Origin: Phoronis australis
Lineage: Eukaryota; Animalia; Phoronida
DNA length: 64,000 nt
Reading direction: 5' to 3'
Assembly: GCA_002633005.1 (NCBI GenBank)
Contig: NMRA01000213.1
Span: 361,485-425,484 of the forward strand
In this document: positions 35,007-49,207 of the stretch, piece after piece
Layout: the number at the start of each line of letters is the position of its first letter
How positions within the stretch are numbered: position 1 is the stretch's first letter
Made by a program: the position numbers and the translations under genes
The notes under the pieces: generated by a model
What the model was told of the DNA's origin: nothing
The model's database searches: none
The model's input: only the letters and a program-made list of their open reading frames with translations

Positions 35007-38000
35007 GTAAGTTAAGTTGTCATTCCGAAAAAGATGCAACGGGTTTCACAGCCAAACACGCACCTAGTGGGATTATTTTTCGAGGGACTGGCTTCTTGAA
35101 GTTGTTAGCTTTCGCAAAATGTGTTGTGTATTGGTCATATAATTAGACATCGATGATTCCTCACAGACGTTCATTGGCAACGGAGCGGTACCGTAATCGT
35201 TACACGGCATAATGATAGCATAATGCTTTACTTTAAATTTATCGCAGTTTTGAGAGATTGTTATTTTCAAGAGCTTGCACTTTCGCCTTCGTCCAGTTCC
35301 TGAATCCAGGAGTGGTAATAAATCTACGAATTAAATTCGATCCATGGCACAGCTGGTTACTTTTGTGAAAACTGCTTCCTTAAAGGTGCCAAATCTGTCT
35401 TTTCGTCAATTGTAGTCAATAAAATGGAGCAAACCAGATCGTTTGAAGTGATAGCAAAATTAGCGATGATGTATCACATATATTGAAACGTCATCGGATA
35501 GATACCGTAAGCTTGTTCCTGTGTTGTCATGAAGTCAGCTCTGTTTAAGACCTCACATTCAGGCTCTTTCGACTGTGATTGGCTTCTGCCTGAGTGTCCC
35601 GGCATTTCCTTCCAAATTTTCAGCTGGTCCAGCCAAATTATTACTTTTTAAAATTTCTTTAGACTCAGGAACGCCTCATTGTAATTTTAGCAAACATGTC
35701 AGTTATTATTTGGTTTCGCCGTGTGAACATTTCCCCGGATTTCTCGTAGCACAGGAAGGGGTACACGTGCCGTTTTCAAATTGCACTTGCTTTTCAAACT
35801 TCAACTGTCTTCGTGTGGCTGCGACTGCAGCACATGTAAATGACACGGTATATACCCTAGGCTTTGACGAAACAGTGCTGACTGGCTTGAATGATGCTTT
35901 ATTTACTGCATCAATTGTACAGAAACTGGCTATGTTTGTTTAGGCATAACCGTGGAATTTATAGAACTGCACTAATTACACGTATAACCGCTCCGTGAAA
36001 TGGGGGCTCAAGCTCCTTTCGCACGCCACCTCCTACAGTAAGTTTATGTGGGAAAAAGGTACGCCCTGCGGAAGAATATTATAGGAGCGTTCTCCAAAGA
36101 AATACGGACTGGGTCACGTTTTCGAGCTTTGGATTGTCGTGTGAGAAATAAAATTTATGTTTCCAGAAATTACGAGCTTGTTCCGATAGACAGCCGGGAG
36201 GATTTGTGTTTCTCGACTCGATCTCTTGATTCCATGGGAATAGGTTAAGTTAGGTTGATGTTTTGGGAAAAATCTAGCACAATTTTTGAAAACCTCGTAA
36301 TACTTCCAGTGTTTGGTAAGTTATCCTATTTAAGTCTTAACTGGAGTCACCATAATCATACAAAACTTGCTTTCTTCAAAAACCAATTTCACTTTGAAAT
36401 CCCGATAATCTGACAATCACACTGCAGCTAAGCAGTTTTGGAAGTAACTATTACCAGAGTACTGTGTGTTCAGAAATTATGTTTGAATTATGAAAAATTG
36501 CATGCCGGATCAGGTCAAGTGAGCTTGTATGAAAGGCGGCACAAGAAAATCACTGCGGAAGTCGAAGATTTTGGGCAACAAGAACGTGGAAATAATTCTC
36601 AACAGTTGCATTGTTGTCTGAGATAACTTTTTCTCACATGACCTGGAATGTGCTACGACTCAGGTTAATTTTACCGAGTACATAATTTTTATATTACATG
36701 GGCGAATCATAAAGTAGAGCCAGGTAGAGATCCATACGCCTTACGTTCTATCGTTAGCAAAACACGAAAACAACCAAACGCGAGCCAATCAAACAATTCC
36801 GAGAAGGTGACAAGGTGTGTCGCAACTGTATTTATTCACAGTCGGAAGGACATACAAACAACTTCTTAAATGGACCCATCTTCGGCTGCGAATTTCATAC
36901 GACGACGAACCTCAACTCATGAAGCGCGGCGAGACAGTCTAGCTGTGTTGTCTCAAGGTCATGTCAGTGCTGACTGTTATTTATCATCATTTTTTAAGTT
37001 TTAATATTTCAATTTCAATGACTGTTTATTAGATTCTACTGTAAGTTGAATATTTGCTACGAAAGCTCAATGCAATTCAAAATTGTAAAGCTTATAAAAT
37101 AAAACTGTTAACAATTCGCAAGCGTGTTTTTACTAAAGTTGCGTTGTTGGAAATTTTAGAAACGCAGTTTTTCTGCAAAATGATCGTTTTTAGGGTTCAT
37201 GAAGGGGGATTTTGACAAAATTTCCAAGTGGATTTGCCCGTGTCATAAACCTGAGAAGAGTGTAGGATTCTCTATGTCTAATTCGCCTCTACTTTCATTT
37301 TTGACGTTTTTGTCACGTTAACGAACAAGTCACCGTATTGATATCTCGTGCACACTGTGGCATTGAATGCTACTGATAAATCAACAGTGACTCAATCAAT
37401 TCCCAGCGTACATTGTTCAACCCGGAAACTATCTCCGTTCTACATTCAAATCGCACCCGGGCTAGTAGAGAAATAACATTTTTCGATCTTGTATGAGTTT
37501 TATTGGATAAAATACCAATAGGTCTACTGCAAACTACATGTAGGTACACATTTGTGTTCGTGCATTCGATGTGTATTGATTATGCGGACAAATCGATAAC
37601 AGGTATGAACAGCTAAGTAGGACGCGGGTTCGTGGTTTCTTTGCAAAAACTGGATTTCATCGTTTCGCCTGCATGTGATTACCGGAGGTAGTCGCGGCAA
37701 AAACTTTTTGAGTTGGCACCAGAGTGATTAACATTGAGAGGAACACAGAGATAAAACTGTTTTTCTAAGTTTAAAATATTCCTTGCGTTTGGTCATCTAC
37801 GAAATCGACATTTTGCACTGTTTTAATGACGAAAAATTTGTTGCATTTTCGACTCTGTTTGCCAAAACGTCGCGACACTGATTGGGTTAAAATAGTTCCA
37901 AGTCGCTGTCCCCTATTTTTCTGCTTGTTTCGTAGAAAATGCAATGGGAATCAAAAGACATAAAAATCGACATCGTATGTTTTCGTGAAGAAGAGAAGGC

Positions 38001-38125
38001 AGTACGCATTGTCAGATAAGTTTCGCTTACTATACACAAGGTCGCGGGTTCGAGTACCTCTGAGGCACACCGTAAACCCATCCGTAAAGTTTGTATCTCC
38101 TCAGGTTAGTTTTAACTATAAATTA

Positions 38126-38380
38126 CATGCACGCACCCAGGGAGGGCTCGATGGGCTCGAATGAGACCCCATATTTGGCGAAGTGGGCAAAAAGTTCCTC
38201 CTCCGCGAAATAAAAACTCCGAAAAAATAGAAACGAGACAAAAGCCCACTAAAAAGGCGGAACTACTAAAATTCAGCGAATGCACAATTCATTACTCTGA
38301 TCGTACTCCGTGAATCTTAATAAAGTTCCATGTTCTCAAAAATTCGAACCCCCCAATTTTTCAGGATGTGTGCGCGCATG
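38126..38380 (+). mobile_element. MITE-like repeat, copy 3
   Basis: ta|CATGCACGCACCCAG...TGTGCGCGCATG|ta. Homologous to 5497-5738. Confidence 0.7.
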
Positions 38381-40527
38381 TATTAATACAGCATAATACG
38401 GTTCCAGGTGATCGGTGCAATGAACCCACCCGAGTGGCCTGCACACGTCTGGAGCAATGTGAATAATTATTATTTTATATAGAATCTAAAAGGGTAAAAT
38501 TTGAGATACTCAAAACCCAGAAAAGTAAACTATGCACAGTGCACTAACGTAAGAAAATGAATGAAACGGAAAATATAATTAAAGGCATTAAAATGTAAAA
38601 CTAGAAATTACCTGTTAATTTCAAGTTTACAGAGTTGTCTTTGTTTGGGAGGCTGTAACGGAAAAAAATAAAGTCCTGCGTTTTCAACAAATTTATAGTA
38701 GGCAAGGCCAAACTATAAAATGTGAACATTTGAAGGAAATTCAACGATATATTCAAACTGTGTCAAACGCCTTCACGAAGGCACTTACACGTAGCTTTAA
38801 TGTAAAGTCGAATAAAAACAGACATTTATTTGTCTATCGTTTGTATGTGAAAATCAATGTTGGTACTCGACTTTGCCAGAAAAACCTCTGAGCAAATTCA
38901 TATCAGGAACTTTGACAGTGGCAATTATTACTTGACAAAACGAAATGTATTCGAGAACCTTGATTTGTCGTGAAGTTTGTTACTTGGCGAAACAAATTTG
39001 CACTGAGGTATGTATTTTGTTTGAACGCACGTAACAAGTCGGATTTCTCTCGCCATGAAATTTAAAGTTAAATGACTTAACTCAAGCTGTATTGTTTTTG
39101 GACGAAATCGAACATAAGATGGGGCCTTGACAGTCATTTTCGAATTTTCTGAATTTCGGTAGATTATAATGCTCAGTCGTCTGCATTTCGCCATCTGATA
39201 TTTTATTGATTGATTTCTCAGGATGTAACTTCTTTTACGATTTTTTGACAACCAGTAAATCTAGATCTAGTCAAGTGCTACGAGGCAATTTTTAAAGTTT
39301 CTCGTTCCGGCGTACCTTTCTCGAGTTACTTGAGATTTAGAGGTGACGACGGTCCGACTCTGGCACGTTTCCTAGGCTTCAGTGCAGTTTTACATGTACG
39401 TCTCAGGGTTCAACAACAACACTGGATCTACTGTACATGTTTCTCAAAGAGTGAGCTCAACCGACCCTACAATCATTCACAACCATGCGAATAGATTCAG
39501 GAGATCCTTGCAATTGTTGATCTGACTACTAGGACTTCACTGACGGGCAACCTGTGTTCGGTTGAGCTCGCCCTTTGGCGATAGCTTTGTCTCTGCATGT
39601 GACCGCTTTACAAATGAGTTTTGGTTTAGTTGATGGTGTAACTTGTGGCCATGCTTGTGGTTAGATATATTCCCTGAGAATGGTCAAGTGAATTTAGTCG
39701 AAACGTTGGACATGTCTAAATATAAATACACAATGCTGACAACAATTACGCTGAGTTTTCAATTCCATGTTTATTACAAGAACTAGCTCGACGATTGTGT
39801 TCTAAAACTCTGAAACTTTGTCACAAGCAGACAAAATTTACAAGCATCATGATGTTACATTCTAACATTGTCAAAATCTACTGTATCACGTGACCGGCTA
39901 TCAACATAACTGTTTTTACCTTTAGAATGTTCATTAAGTCTAAATTTCAATATCCGACTAGTCAGGCCAATCGTTACAATCAATACAGCTCAAACAATAG
40001 ACAACATTAGATCGCTGATGCGTCGGGAATTGTTTGGATCTATTGAGAGACATGTAAGGCTATTGGTGGTAAAAATAACAAGTTCCGCAGCAGGTGTTAC
40101 TTGGCGATCTGAAGTTTAACCTTTGGAGTTTCCCCACCCATAAAAGGTGGAGAAAGAAAAACTTTCTTTTTATCTGGTCCGAGAATGGTGATACTATTGT
40201 TATAATGTATCATCATCTGTGATAGATCATACATCGATGTCTTCGGCGATATTTTTGCTGGTGTTCCTGGCGGCAATGCAATTATAATCCAGAGCATCTT
40301 ACAAAAAACTGAATGATAGTCTGTTATTTTGACCATTGTAGATATTTATGTTTACTAGTTAAGCAAACGTCAAGAATTCGATATACATGTATATTCGTAA
40401 TTGTGAATTCTAAATCATTTTATGGTTATGAACGACCCTAGGAAATGTCTAATTTTGGCTTAATTCGAAGACATATCTCAGAAATAGCTGTTTGAATCCA
40501 TGTGAAACGTTCAGATACTATGTTTTG

Positions 40528-40872
40528 CTTAAAAACGACTACACACTTTGTTTGAAAGCTTGATACTGATTTGCTCGTAGTGTCGAAACAATCTCTTTTC
40601 TTCAGGAGTGCAGTTTTATAGCAAAGTACCGAGAGACAAAATAAACAAACAACTTAAAACACTAGCTATATTTCGAGACTGCATGTCTCATCATCAGGCA
40701 ATAAGTGGAATGAACATATAATTAGTTAGTGTTTTAATTTGTTCGTTTGTTATGTCTCTCGGTGTTTTACTACATACATGTAGCTGCACACCTGAAGAAA
40801 TGAGAATGTTCCCACACTACGAGCAAATAACTGGCAAGCATTCAAACAGAAAGTTTAGTCGTGTTTTCAACG
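40528..40872. mobile_element. Inverted pair of Penelope-type repeat fragments with a minus-strand hammerhead-like core
   Basis: Arms ~40528-40664 and ~40726-40872 are diverged reverse complements. Minus strand 40697-40665 reads CTGATGA-T-GAGAC-atgca-GTCTC-GAAA-TATAG. Confidence 0.55.
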
Positions 40873-41838
40873 AAGTTTGTGTAAACTAAGGGCTGCTGCC
40901 GAACTATACTGATAAAATGTTTCGTGCACCATTCCTTAACACGCCATTGGTAGTTCATTTTACAATATTACATTTTAAAAAAGTGTGGGGTTATTAAATG
41001 CAAGACTTTGGTGACTGTTAAGACAGAATCATGAAAAGTTGCATAAAACAAAGACAAAATCATATTCTAGAAAATAATAACATCGCTTTCGAGATTTCAT
41101 CGTGAACATTTATATGACGTCAGGAAGCTGTCTACATGATGGACTGAACTTTGGTCATGTCATTGATACCGCTGTGGATGGAAATTTTGATAAGAATGTA
41201 CCTTGATTTTGATAGATTTTACTAAAAACACATACATGTAGACACGAGAACATATTTACGACATTTTGTTATAAAGTTAAAAGTGGACGTCTACAGGATT
41301 TCCACTTCCAGAAAATATATACGTTTGTCATAATTTCTTACATTTTCGGAAACTTGGCTCAATGCTCAGACTTGTCGATAAGGTCTTACATTACCTCAAA
41401 ATTTATCAACATCTGATCCCTTGCCGATTTCACCAACAATCAATACCCGGTCTCCTGCGAAAAAGTAACCTTCAAATTGTGAACGTTTGGAGACGAGTGC
41501 TACACTTAAGAGATTCTTTCAGTAACTCCTCAAAAATAACATGCAGTCCTTTCAAACATCCAGACACAGCTGAACATAAAATTATCACCCCTCTGAGTTC
41601 ATCCGGCTATTAGAAAAATGTCAAATTTAAAAAACAAATGACAACACTGGGGCATCAGCGATTAGTGACCGAAAACGTTAATTATTTGATCTAATGTGCA
41701 CAACCGAAAGCTCCTGGATTATCTACAGAGTCTCGAATAGCCATATCTTATAGAAGTTATACTATGTTGGTACACTTGGAAAATGCATTGTTTAAACGCA
41801 GCGTTTCACACTGAAACAACACGTTTTTCATCTTTCAG

Positions 41839-42054
41839 TTGAAGGCGTTGTCAATGGAGGTTGGTCGTCAGGCTACGGGTCATGGAACACAACGTGCTCT
41901 TCTTGCGCATACCGGTCTCGCTCAAAGACATGCAATAGTCCGCCACCAGGTGTCGGTGGTGCTGATTGTGTGCCTAATGGCAACACAGTACAGACAGAGA
42001 AATGCCCGTGTCCAGCGAAAGGAAAATTAAGCTATTACAACTACACCCATGTCG
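41839..42054 (+). CDS. Mosaic lectin exon 2: thrombospondin type-1 repeat #1
   Basis: tttcag| acceptor and g|gtgagt donor, 216 nt, phase 1-1. VNGGWSSGYGSWNTTCSSCAYRSRSKTCNSPPPGVGGADC...EKCPCP. Confidence 0.9.
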
Positions 42055-44811
42055 GTGAGTAAGAGAAGTATAGCACTACATGTAAAAATATTGTCATTGA
42101 AATTAGTACTGTAAAGTCTTTTGTAACGAGCGTCACATGCAGTGTGACATTGAAAACTAGTAATTAGGCAGTGCACAGCGATAGAACTCTTACTTGTCCC
42201 AGTAGTGAGGAAGTGCGTTAATTTCGTTGGCCTCGGTTTGTAATGTCACGCACATAGACCTAATTCAAGCCGACAGGAGGCGCGTTCCAAAACGAGGCTC
42301 GCTACGATAGCTCTGTTAACTTATCGGCATAGTTGTATTCCGCATTGCTGGAACGGCTAGAAAAAATACGGACACTCTACTGTCTGTTTTTCAATCCCTA
42401 AGGACGTTGAGATTCGGAAGCGTTGGGTCGTTGCCATCCGCCGAGACGAAGGAAGTTATGTTCGTGTAAAGTTTATGAATGTTTTCGAAAAGTTAGATCA
42501 TATTTTGTCGCATCTCGATTGCAAAGCATCATAGCAACGGCCGGAGAATCTTCGGCCAAGCAGGCTGTGTTTTCATGACTACGGGTTGAAACATGATGCA
42601 TTTTCCTTTCCAAAAATGACAGGGCCCTCAATCTCTCGATTTTAGAGAGAATATCTAATGCAAGTGCTAATGGACAAGAAGTGTGCAAGGACAAGAAGCC
42701 CTCTAAGAAGTGACAAAACCTTTTAAGAGCTCATTACTGTCCATAAGAAATCCCAATACAACCGCAGCATTCCCGCCAAACACAAGCGACAATTCCAAGC
42801 CCAACAGGAAACTGTCACAAGATGACGGAGATTTCAGGGAAACGCATTTAGATTTTTATGAGATTAAGATTTACTTTAGTCAACTGTTCTTGGTTGCAAG
42901 GGGCTTCAGTGCCGATCAAGTTTCGGAGTAGCACTAGCAACAGTCCTGGTTGGTGGGGAATCGGACCTCGGTAGACTTTTAAACTCACCTCGAGCAGCAA
43001 AATGAGTACTAGAATCAACATATCGGAGATGTAAGTCACAAGTAAAGGTGTGGCAATTAATGGATTCCAAATTGTAATAGAATAGCTATGAGGGGGATAC
43101 CAATTTCGATATCCATAGGCCCGGCCCATTTCGATTCTGTTCTTAGTTCCGATTTTCGCCGTTAGTTGTCTTGCGAAGTTGCGACTTATTTGTATCTGAT
43201 GAAGATATTATTGAGATATAGACATTGAACGAAAAAATAGATTAACATCGTTCATTAGTGGATTATTATCAAATTAAACAATTTTGTAGACAAAATTGGT
43301 ACGAGTGTCATGTTAACCACTTATTATGCTCCCACATAATTTTATGTGGCTGTATATTTCCGTCTTCTCTGTCTGGGCTTCCTGGTTCTGCGGCTGTTCT
43401 CCTCAACCAAAGGCAGGACCGAGATGAAATTTGGCAAGTGTGTTCTTATGTGTCTGATGACAAACAGCGACGAGTTTCGGACAGACCGAAATAGCGCTGT
43501 GCCGCTAGTGACAATTTTAGTTTTTCTTTCTTTTACCTCTATATTTTCGGAAATCCTTGTCGGATTTAAATGAAATTTGGCAAAGCCTTTTTAATACAGA
43601 GATAATAATGCCATTATATTTTCCGACGGATTCGACGATTTTTCGCCTCCTTGTGGTCATTTTTGTTAGTTTTGCGTCGCTCTCTGGCGTTTGCCTCTCT
43701 GGTGATTTTGTTTTCTTTGCCTCTGCGACCGAATCTCCTTAACCTACTGAAAGAGCTTTGTGAAGTTCGAAAGATTTATTCCTATGTAGCCGTCGACAAA
43801 TGAGTGCCGAACTGATACAGATAATTGTGTGCCCCTGTGTGGCAACGTGGACAGATTTTATGTTTATACGCCACCTGATGGCCATTTAATTTTCTTGCGT
43901 ATGTTTTTGAAATCTGCTTCTTTATCTGCCCAAACACTCAAAGGACGATTTTGAGAATTGACGGTTGTGTTCCTGATGCAAATACCTTGGGTGATGTTGA
44001 CTTTCGAATATTTTTTACTATTCTGGGGTCCCTTAGAGGTAATTTTTATCTTTTGCATTTAAGGCTGTGGGAACAGATGATGATGGGTTACAGACCAATT
44101 GCACTACAGCTGTACCCCTTGCAGTGAATTGTGTTTTACGTTTGCCTCTATATATTAGGAGTTCCTTGTCTTAGTTTCATGAAATTTGACAACTAGTTGT
44201 TTTTTACAGAGACGACGCCACCTTCTTAGTTCGGACGGGTTTGACGCATTCTGCGCCACCCAATCGTCCATTTTGTGACGCTAAAACAGAAATAGAAGCA
44301 CACCGTTTGCGGTGCTATCGTGAGCGCATTTCAATTGATAAAAATGAATTGATTTTACTAACAAGAATTTAATCTAAAGTAATCGAATACAAGTGTTCAT
44401 TGTTCCACCATTAGGTATAAGTGCAGTTCCCTACTCAGATGTCCCATTCTTCGTGGAGGATTTGATCTTGAAAAAACAAGAACATTACAACTACCAGAGA
44501 ATACATGTATTAAAATCCATTGGTTTCAACTCAAGTTTCAAACCCAGGTGACATCTGGGCTTAGGCAGAGATGGCCGTTCATAATTACCTGAGTTTAAAT
44601 TAAAAAATTATTTTAGACGCCGCACATACATGTACATGAATTATCAAGCAATATGCAGAATGTCAGCTACTTCTAAATGAAGAGAACAGTCTTGTGACTA
44701 AAGGAATAATTAAGACCAGTTTAATAGTGGTATACATGTATTTAATGTTGTGAAGCGTTTACTTAAAATTGACAAAGGAAATCAATATACCTGCATTTGT
44801 GCCTTTTTCAG

Positions 44812-45087
44812 AAACCGTAACCGAGTGTGAAGGTGAAACGGTATCTCCATCGTGCTCCAACGGCGTAATAGAAGTAACGTTTGCACTGTACGGGAGGCAA
44901 GACAAAACGACGTGCCGTCACCGTAAGACGAGCAACACAAATTGCGCAGCATCCGGTATTCTTGCTATAGCACAGTCTGCATGTGATGGCAAGACCACGT
45001 GTTCCGTAAAGGGGTCAAACACTTATTTTGGAATTGAAGACCCGTGCAAAGGAACTTACAAATACCTCACCATCACTTACTCGTGTA
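44812..45087 (+). CDS. Mosaic lectin exon 3: SUEL / rhamnose-galactose-binding lectin domain
   Basis: tttttcag| acceptor and a|gtacgt donor, 276 nt. CEG...C..GVIEVTFALYGR..C...CDGKTTC....FG.EDPCKGTYKYL..Y.C carries the YGR, DPC and KYL signatures. Confidence 0.93.
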
Positions 45088-45487
45088 GTACGTAAACATT
45101 TATACAAAATGTAACGTTGCTCTTTTTACAATGCTGCCATTTTCTGGGTAAATGGAATGGACACGATCTACATGTTGTACCTTTTTCTCATCTTAGAAAT
45201 ATGATTTCCAGTTTTAAGAAAAGCTTTCAAACTGTTCTCACGGCATTAGACCGTGCTTGGTGCAAAAAGGCCAGCTAACGAAAAACATCTGTGTGCTATG
45301 CTTTATGCACTACTCTAAGTTTGTTGCATTTTCGAAGCCGAATGTGCATTTTGTTTCATAGTCGTGTCTGACTAGTAAAATAAAGCTAATTGCTCCAATT
45401 ATACTTGGGTGAATAAAAGACTCGTTTACGACTAACTACGCTTTAACACAAGTCAATGTTTATCCTCTTGGTTGTGTTTTGTCTTAG

Positions 45488-45748
45488 GATTACAAACGAA
45501 TTCATTGCAAGTTTACTCCATTGAAAACGTGACCATGACCGGGAACGATGTACAGACGGTAACCGCGTCCAGCGAGGACGTCTGTGCCTCCTACTGTGCT
45601 AATAACGCTCAGTGTAAATCAGCAGACTACAGACCTGCCACATCCGACTGTGCATTTAAAAGTGCAGTCGATTCGCGGTCAACACTCAGCTACAACACTC
45701 TTGGGACGGAGTCTGGAGTCACACATTTAGAGTTTCAATTCGAAATTG
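45488..45748 (+). CDS. Mosaic lectin exon 4: PAN/apple domain #1
   Basis: cttag| acceptor and g|gtaagt donor, 261 nt. GNDV...SEDVCASYCANNAQCKSADY...CAFK shows the C-x3-C-x5-C-x-S-x2-Y..C pattern. Confidence 0.88.
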
Positions 45749-45853
45749 GTAAGTGAATTCCGCAACATGTTTACGAGACGAAACGGAGGACAACAGTGGA
45801 AGTGAGGACAAATCGCGTGCTGTTGCTGCCATCTGCTGGACGACGTATGAATA

Positions 45854-45895
45854 CTCTCTCTCTCACACACAAACACACACACTCGCGCACGCGCA

Positions 45896-45951
<56 letters not shown>

Positions 45952-45960
45952 ATATATATA
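45854..45960. repeat. Compound (CT)n/(CA)n/(TA)n microsatellite
   Basis: Pure CA run ~45897-45949. Confidence 0.97.
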
Positions 45961-45966
45961 CATGTA

Positions 45967-47529
45967 TATCAACTGTCCCAAAAAAGTGAGCCAAGTAATT
46001 TCTCAGCAGTTGACTAACTGAGTTGGTTTAAGTTTTTCACATTGCATCTTCAGGTTGTCATCAATATGTCTACAATGCGTCTCAAAAAATATAATATAAT
46101 AGAAAAGCTTAGAAATTCAAAACATCGGAGTGAAAAAAGCAATATCACAGCGACTTCTATCGTTTTCATGTTGTGCTGGCATGTGTCAGTCAAAAAGTTT
46201 GCCTGCCTGGGTCTCAAATCCACTTCTTTATTGTCAGATCTGTACCCAAAACAGTTCTGTCCAATACTCCGGTTTGTAAGTATGCCTTTGAGTGAAACTG
46301 ATAAACTTACAATTGAAACCTTTTCAAGGTGAAAGGGTGGAGCGGAAGAAAAATCGTAAGGGAAGTCCCAGGAAAACGGTGAAGTCGTGTGATTGTAAAT
46401 AGACTTTTTGCTAAAATACCAACACTGGGTCTCTTACGCAGTGGGAGACCCAAGACTGCATGTTTGAAATAAAACGAAGATCGTGTTGAGGAACTTATTC
46501 AACTCCAGGAGGACAACCCGGGAATTCACAAATCTCTGACAGAAATCGTAAGTTATTTACAAGTGAGCAACTCTTCTGTGCAAATAATGGTGAACAAACT
46601 GGAGTTAAAACCTCTCAAAAGAATGTGGGTATCGCGGATAGATCAAAATGTTAGAGAGAAAAAAAGGAAAACTCGATGCCGCTACTTCCCTGACCGCTGT
46701 TCAGCCACTGATTTGAAAAGAGTCAATTTCATTGATGAAAAAGACTTTGCTACGTTAGAAATCATTAAAAATCGCCAAAACAATTGTGAATATGGGAAAC
46801 AAAAACAAGAGATTCAGCCTTCTCAAAGCTATCATGAGACTTACAGATTTTCCAAAAGAGTAAGATTCCGCTGAGTACCTTGGAAACGAATAACAAATAT
46901 TCATTTTATTGACACTGATTTAGCCAAACTTAAAATTCAACACTACATGCAGTTATTGAATTAAAATCTTCTCCCGGATTGCAAGTTACTTTTTCCTAGA
47001 AACAATTACGTGTTTCAGCAAGATGGGGCTACTCCACACACTAGTAAGATAACCGAGCCTCATCTGGAGGAGGCCAAACCACTCAGTCTTAAATTCAGTC
47101 CAATGGATTCCACGTGTGTCATGAACGATAAAGTTTACCTGGGAATGAGAGGCAAATAGACTGAACAGGAATTAAAAGATATCATTATTGTGTAATAAGA
47201 GGAAATTTCTATTGAAGAAATACTGAAAGCATTTCTGGTTGGAAGAAACGACTCCGTTTAGTCGTGGAGGAAGATGGCGGCCACATTTAGCATAAGTGTA
47301 AATGAACGAGCTTCCCTTTGAAATTTCATTTTTTAACCTGATGTTTTTAACTTGACAGTATTCGCACAATTGGACACAGATCGCCTTTTTTGATTTATAT
47401 TTTTTTTTTGTTTATGATATCCCAAGGTTCATTTGTAAGAAATTTGAAAAAGGTCAGTTCATATGTTGCTGAGAATTTATTTGTGAGAATTTATTTGTCA
47501 AAATAAACTCCTTTTTGGGACGCCCGATA
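45967..47529 (+). mobile_element. Decayed Tc1/mariner-superfamily transposon (maT/DD37D-like) in an intron
   Basis: TA-flanked TIRs tatcaactgtcccaaaaa / tttttgggacgcccgata. Fragmented transposase SGRPKTA, QEDNPGIHKS, FIDEKDF..KNRQNN, YVFQQDGATPHTS. Confidence 0.8.
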
Positions 47530-47712
47530 CGCTAGATGAAGATCAGACTGACGACGAAGATATCCTTAAAACTAGGGGACGATGTACTTTGTGGAGTACC
47601 CAATGTTTGTAGCCCCTGTCAATAAACCAAGCTTATAGCATGAGTTACACTGTAACTAAAAACATCCGATGTCAGTTCGCCAGGTTCAAGATGCATGGCA
47701 CATATTTTTCAG

Positions 47713-47893
47713 GAAACGGCTGCCCCAGGGGATGGACTATGATTGGGAACCGAAGATGTGTTGTTGTTGCCGGCTCCGATGAACTATCGGTGACTCAGAT
47801 GCAAGCCCTCGAGTACTGCGTGAATAGAGGAGCCCTACTCGCCGTGATGGACACGGCTGCGAAACAGGACGGAATAGTCAAACTTACAAGGGA
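47713..47893 (+). CDS. Mosaic lectin exon 5: C-type lectin domain #1, N-half
   Basis: tttttcag| acceptor and ga|gtaagt donor, 181 nt. GCPRGWTMIGNRRC...QALEYCVNRGALLAVM. Confidence 0.9.
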
Positions 47894-48697
47894 GTAAGTA
47901 CAATAAATGTAATTTAAATGGAGACGTGTAATAATCAGCAATTTTCAAAAGGACACCCTAATTTATGGGAAGGAAAACATTTAAATATCAGTTTAACGTT
48001 TCTGCAGTCTAGAATGCTTCGTGTTACCAGGATTATAACAAAATACCAATTAGCGTTCAACTTATGTTGGATGCTGCTTCGGGAGTCAAAATGGACTACT
48101 TTGAAGTAAGGCTTCTTGAAGCGGCTTCTAACACGCACTATAGGAGACCCTCAGAAAAGGAAAATTGATTTGTCTTATTTGATGTTTCCATTTTGTGACT
48201 GTCACAAATTATACCAAAACAATCGACATTCACCATTGTGTTTAACTAAATGTCCCGAGACAATAGTCCCATTGCCTACACGTATTTAATCCTTTGGCAA
48301 TTGACTGATCGGTATGTTTTTTCTACCAAGCACATTGTTGTTTTAAAAGAATCTTTAGGCTCAAGTAAACCTCGTTACCCTGTAACTGAATAAAACGTTC
48401 CTCATGATTGTTAGCACACCATTGGCTCGCAATATTCTTCAGAGGTTATCAGTGTAATTAGCAATGTAAAGTTTATTTCTTTTAAAGATATGCTTTAAAT
48501 TCACTTCATTAATCAGACTCTTTACTTTAGTTATTCTGAGCGCAGCACTTCACTTCCGTCTTCAACCTTAGCTTCAGATGAAGCTAGTGCAACTTTAGTA
48601 GTGCGGTGGTATACCGTCAGCCACAGCAGAACTCTTCGGTGACGTCTGCTTCTTTGTTATAGTGCAAGCCCTGGGCTGTGTGATTTTTACCTTCTAG

Positions 48698-48945
48698 ATA
48701 TGCCAGCGCTAATGGAGTCCAAGTAAAAAATTATTGGATGGGAATAACTGACGCAAACAACACTTCTTCCCGTAATTGGGTCACATATGAAGGGAACTCG
48801 TTCAACGGCAGCTACACCAGGTGGCGCAGTGGCGAGCCAAATGAAACCAATAAACAATGTGTCAAGATGAGCTGCAAAGAAAATAACTGTGAATGGGAAG
48901 ACGCAAGTTGTAGCGAGCAAAATAATATAATTTGCGAAATGGCAG
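48698..48945 (+). CDS. Mosaic lectin exon 6: C-type lectin domain #1, C-half (EPN, WED)
   Basis: cttctag| acceptor and g|gtatgt donor, 248 nt, phase 2-1. YWMGITD...YTRWRSGEPNETNKQCVKMSCKENNCEWEDASC....IICE. Confidence 0.92.
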
Positions 48946-49098
48946 GTATGTGTGAACGTGACATTTAAAATATAGGCATCAGCTTTTGCAATCAGTTAAC
49001 AATTGACTTATTTTTAGGGATGTAGCAATAGTAGAGGTATTGGAGGTGCATGCTCTGGCAGTAGTAATAATATTAGTAGTTGTAGTAGTCGCATAGAG

Positions 49099-49207
49099 GT
49101 AGTGGTAGTGGTTGTAGTAGTAGTAGTAGTAGTGGTAGTGGTAGTGGTGGTGGTGGTGGTGGTGGTGGTGGTGGTGGTGCTGCTGCTGCTGCTGCTGCTT
49201 GTTGTTG
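49099..49207. repeat. Compound trinucleotide microsatellite (GTA/GTG/CTG/GTT)
   Basis: Read directly. It produces the spurious poly-V and poly-T ORFs. Confidence 0.95.

Noticed and set aside
42400-44340. Short ORFs and recurring ATGAAATTTGGCA motifs in intron 2
   Set aside because: No recognisable domain or clear termini. Probably old repeat debris that I cannot classify.
45727-46017. CVCVCV / HTHTHT ORFs
   Set aside because: Artefacts of the (CA)n microsatellite.
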